From NCBI GenBank assembly GCA_964434885.1, contig CAYSWQ010000006.1, positions 1 through 41,681 on the forward strand: 41,681 nucleotides of DNA. The letters run 5' to 3'. A program made the translations under genes and the position numbers. The notes beneath the pieces are model-generated. The model did no database searches. It was not told the DNA's origin and saw only the letters and a program-made list of their open reading frames with translations. Positions 39,153 to 41,681 of the stretch are shown here, one piece after another (the first letter of the stretch is position 1; every line of letters begins with the position of its first letter). The DNA is from an uncultured Methanosarcinales archaeon (GTDB lineage Archaea; Nanobdellota; Nanobdellia; Woesearchaeales; GW2011-AR9).

Positions 39153-39287
39153 GGTAAGTATTTAGTTGGTTATACCATGAAAACCGTCCCCGCCAAATGA
39201 GGCCCATTTTTACCCCTGGTTTTAGGGGGTAAAAATCACTGGGCCGTGCGGGATGGTTTTCTGGTCATTGTTAACTAAATACATACT
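39153..39287. mobile_element. MITE-D (about 135 bp) with GTA(A/T)GTATTTAGTT inverted ends
   Basis: Left GGTAAGTATTTAGTT, right reverse complement AGTATGTATTTAGTT; direct repeat TACTATTAAA at 39143-39152 and 39284-39293 (overlaps the right end, so the boundary is uncertain); carries the core motif. Confidence 0.72.
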
Positions 39288-39376
39288 ATTAAATACTAAC
39301 ACATTAAAGAAATATTTATATAGGTAACCAATTTATTCCATTTACTAATTAAATATTATATAAATGAGGTGCAAAA

Positions 39377-39739
39377 ATGGTGAAGATTTTAGTTGTTGAT
39401 GATAGTGAATTTATGAGAGGATTAATCAAAGATGCTCTTACAAAAGCAGGATATAATGAATTTGTTGAAGGTAGTAGTGGAAAAGAAGCAATAGAACAAT
39501 TTAATGCTGAAAAACCAGATCTTACTCTTCTCGATATTGTAATGGAAGAATCCAAAGGAGGATTAGCTGCTTTAAAAGCAATCAAAGAAGCAAATTCAGC
39601 CGCCAAAGTAATCATGGTTACTGTAATTGACCAACCCCAAGTTACTGAAGAAGCAAAACAAGCAGGAGCAGATGGTTTTGTAAATAAACCAATTAAAGAA
39701 GAAGAATTGGTGGAAACAGTAAAAAAAGTTTTGGGATAA
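39377..39739 (+). CDS. cheY: CheY-like response regulator
   Basis: ILVVDDSEFMR, LLDIVM, MVT, VNKP; directly upstream of two cheC-like genes. Confidence 0.88.
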   Translation: MVKILVVDDSEFMRGLIKDALTKAGYNEFVEGSSGKEAIEQFNAEKPDLTLLDIVMEESKGGLAALKAIKEANSAAKVIMVTVIDQPQVTEEAKQAGADGFVNKPIKEEELVETVKKVLG

Positions 39740-39742
39740 ACA

Positions 39743-40321
39743 ATGCCGGAACAAAAAAAGGTCGATTTGACTAAACTCTTGACTGAATCTTCTCAAAAAG
39801 TTCAGGAATTACTTTCTATTTGGTCTCGCAAAGAAGTTGCAGTAGAACATAAAAGAACTGAATTTATTGATAGTAAGTTGTTAGATCAAACTCTAATGAA
39901 CTTAGATTGGGATGTAGCTGGTTTCGCAACAATTAGAAATAAAAAATACAAAGGGTTGATTATCCAATTGATGAAAAAAGAGGCTGCCTTAGGTATTGTT
40001 GGGTTTGCTGGAGGAGATCCAAATGTAGGTTTATGTGAGAAGAACATCTCTGCCTTAAAAGAAACTTTAAATGTAGTTTCTGGAGGATACATAAACAAAT
40101 TTGTAGAATTATTTGATCTCCAATTAGAATTGGACCCCCCTATTTGGATTCCAGATAAATCAACTCAGTTAATTAAAAATGAACTTATTCGAATTGGTGA
40201 CGAAGACACCACCATTATTTTAATCGAATCTGTTTATGATTTCAAAGAAGACAAAGTTGTTATGCCAGTAGTGATAGTTTTAAATAATATCTTTGTTTCC
40301 TTAATCTCAAAAGGTGAATAA
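39743..40321 (+). CDS. CheC/CheX-like phosphatase (divergent)
   Basis: SALKETLNVVSGGY...LDPP, the S-xxx-E-xx-N...P signature. Confidence 0.78.
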   Translation: MPEQKKVDLTKLLTESSQKVQELLSIWSRKEVAVEHKRTEFIDSKLLDQTLMNLDWDVAGFATIRNKKYKGLIIQLMKKEAALGIVGFAGGDPNVGLCEKNISALKETLNVVSGGYINKFVELFDLQLELDPPIWIPDKSTQLIKNELIRIGDEDTTIILIESVYDFKEDKVVMPVVIVLNNIFVSLISKGE

Positions 40322-40931
40322 TATGAATGGATTTAAATTAGATAAATTTCAAGATGCATTAAAAGAAGTGGGAAATATGGGTGCAGGTAAGGCTTCCAGT
40401 GCCCTTTCTAAATTATTAGCTAAAGAAGTTCGCTTAGATCCTCCAGAGATCTATCTTTCTCCCGTTCAAGAGATCCCCCAATTGATTGGTGGTCCTCAAA
40501 AAATGGTTGTTGGAACTTATTCTTCACTTAGTGGAGATGTAGCTGGAACTGTATTAATTGTTTATCCAACTCAATCTGCTTTAGCTTTAGCCGACTTAAT
40601 CTTAAGTAAGCCAGTAGGAACTATTAAAGCTCTCGACGAAGAAAGTCAAACTAAAATCAAAGAAGTTGGAAAAACATTAACCAAATTTTACATTGACTCC
40701 TTAATTGAGTTTTTAGAGATAAAAATTGCCGCTAGTGATGAAAGAATTGTTTCTACCTTCGGAGAATCTTTAACCGATCTTGTGTTATTAGGAATCAAAG
40801 AAAAGTACGCAATCTTAATAAAAACCCATTTCGCTTTACCGGATTCAAATGTTGATGGAGAATTTATCCTTTTAGTAGCAATTGAATCATTAACTAAGGT
40901 AATAGAAGCAATAAAACATAAAATCGAATAA
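40314..40931 (+). CDS. cheC: CheC phosphatase
   Basis: DALKEVGNMGAGKASSALS...DPP; second site degenerate (KEVGK). Confidence 0.9.
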   Translation: MNNMNGFKLDKFQDALKEVGNMGAGKASSALSKLLAKEVRLDPPEIYLSPVQEIPQLIGGPQKMVVGTYSSLSGDVAGTVLIVYPTQSALALADLILSKPVGTIKALDEESQTKIKEVGKTLTKFYIDSLIEFLEIKIAASDERIVSTFGESLTDLVLLGIKEKYAILIKTHFALPDSNVDGEFILLVAIESLTKVIEAIKHKIE

Positions 40932-40932
40932 A

Positions 40933-41460
40933 ATGGCACTCAAAAAAATAAAAAAAGGGGAAATTGTGGTTTTAGTTATTCCAAACACTAGTTATATGTC
41001 AGGAATAATGAAAGTTACTAAACAAATCTGTACCAGCAACAAAACAACAGTTTATGTTAGTTTAAATAAACTATACAAGCCATTAACTAGTAAATTCGAA
41101 TCTGCTAAAATCGACTTAAACAAATTCTTGTTTATTGATGGTATTTCCAAATCAGCTGGACAAGAAGCCCCTGATGCCAAAAATTGTTTATTTGTCCATT
41201 CTGCTGGAGCTTTAACAGAATTGTCTTTAAACATTACTAAAGCAATTAATACCGGTAAATTTGATAGTTTAGTCTTTGATTCTTTATCAACTCTATTGAT
41301 CTACAACAAAAAAGAAGTAGTTATCAAATTTGTTCAAAGTTTAGTAAACAAACTTAGAAATAAAAAAATTACTACTGTTTTCGCTGCTCTTAAAGGAGAT
41401 ACAGAAAAAGGTTTGTTAAAAGAAATTGGTATGTTTGTTGACGAAGTAGTAGAATATTAA
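40933..41460 (+). CDS. KaiC/RecA-fold-like protein lacking Walker A (DUF7504-like)
   Basis: VYVSLNK, LFIDGIS, LVFDSLSTLLIYN, FVDEVV; no GxxGxGK. Confidence 0.72.
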   Translation: MALKKIKKGEIVVLVIPNTSYMSGIMKVTKQICTSNKTTVYVSLNKLYKPLTSKFESAKIDLNKFLFIDGISKSAGQEAPDAKNCLFVHSAGALTELSLNITKAINTGKFDSLVFDSLSTLLIYNKKEVVIKFVQSLVNKLRNKKITTVFAALKGDTEKGLLKEIGMFVDEVVEY

Positions 41461-41463
41461 TTC

Positions 41464-41497
<34 letters not shown>

Positions 41498-41527
41498 TAG
41501 AAAAAATTAATAGAAAAATAAAAAAAA

Positions 41528-41681
41528 TTAACCAGTAAAAACAGGTTTCTCTTCTTCTGGTTCAGAAGGTTCTTCACTTGGCTCTTCTGTTGGTGTCTCT
41601 TCTACAGGTTCCTCTACAGGTTCTTCAGCTGGTTCCTCTGCAGGTGTTTCCTCAGGCTCTTCTACAGGAGCTTCTTCAGGT
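41528..41681 (-). CDS. 3' end of a gene with an acidic E/P-rich repeat tail (partial)
   Basis: Manual translation ...PEEAPVEEPEETPAEEPAEEPVEEPVEETPTEEPSEEPSEPEEEKPVFTG*; stop at 41528-41530. Confidence 0.75.
   Translation of the reverse strand, partial: PEEAPVEEPEETPAEEPAEEPVEEPVEETPTEEPSEEPSEPEEEKPVFTG

Noticed and set aside
780..41234. Short antisense or overlapping ORFs in the track (e.g. 780-977, 2100-2327, 11142-11327, 15099-15473, 26246-26524, 31931-32239, 39349-39615, 40688-40939)
   Set aside because: Shadows of well-supported genes on the opposite strand or frame, with F/S/L-biased composition and no motifs.

Overview
AT-rich, gene-dense archaeal chromosome segment, most consistent with a DPANN archaeon of the Woesearchaeales/Nanoarchaeota type. 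This is inferred from archaeal aIF-1A, FEN1, EndA and Trm5, KKRGQ class III signal-peptide proteins, GAGGTG Shine-Dalgarno sites and bacterial-type sugar enzymes. It contains information-processing genes, a LemA/HtpX pair and a transaldolase-less non-oxidative pentose phosphate cluster (split transketolase, Rpe, RpiB, class II FBA, PfkB, SIS-fold protein). The transketolase genes run directly into rubredoxin-like and ferredoxin:thioredoxin reductase genes. There is also a cluster of exported proteases and pilin-signal proteins, an ABC1 kinase plus phasin-like pair, and a partial Che-like signalling locus (CheR, free Hpt, two receivers, two CheC, KaiC-like protein) with no CheA, CheW or MCP in view. 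The most unusual signal is non-coding. Four GC-rich intergenic islands (about 20.9-21.2, 30.9-31.1, 36.8-37.2 and 39.15-39.29 kb) are MITE-like elements with terminal inverted repeats and about 9-bp target-site duplications. Their TIRs differ, yet three of the islands carry five copies of one covarying structured core (GCCAAWNNRRGCVC-ATTTT[variable stem]AAAAT-NNNN-GBGCC-RTGC), including nested copies. No transposase, CRISPR array, tRNA or rRNA was recognised.
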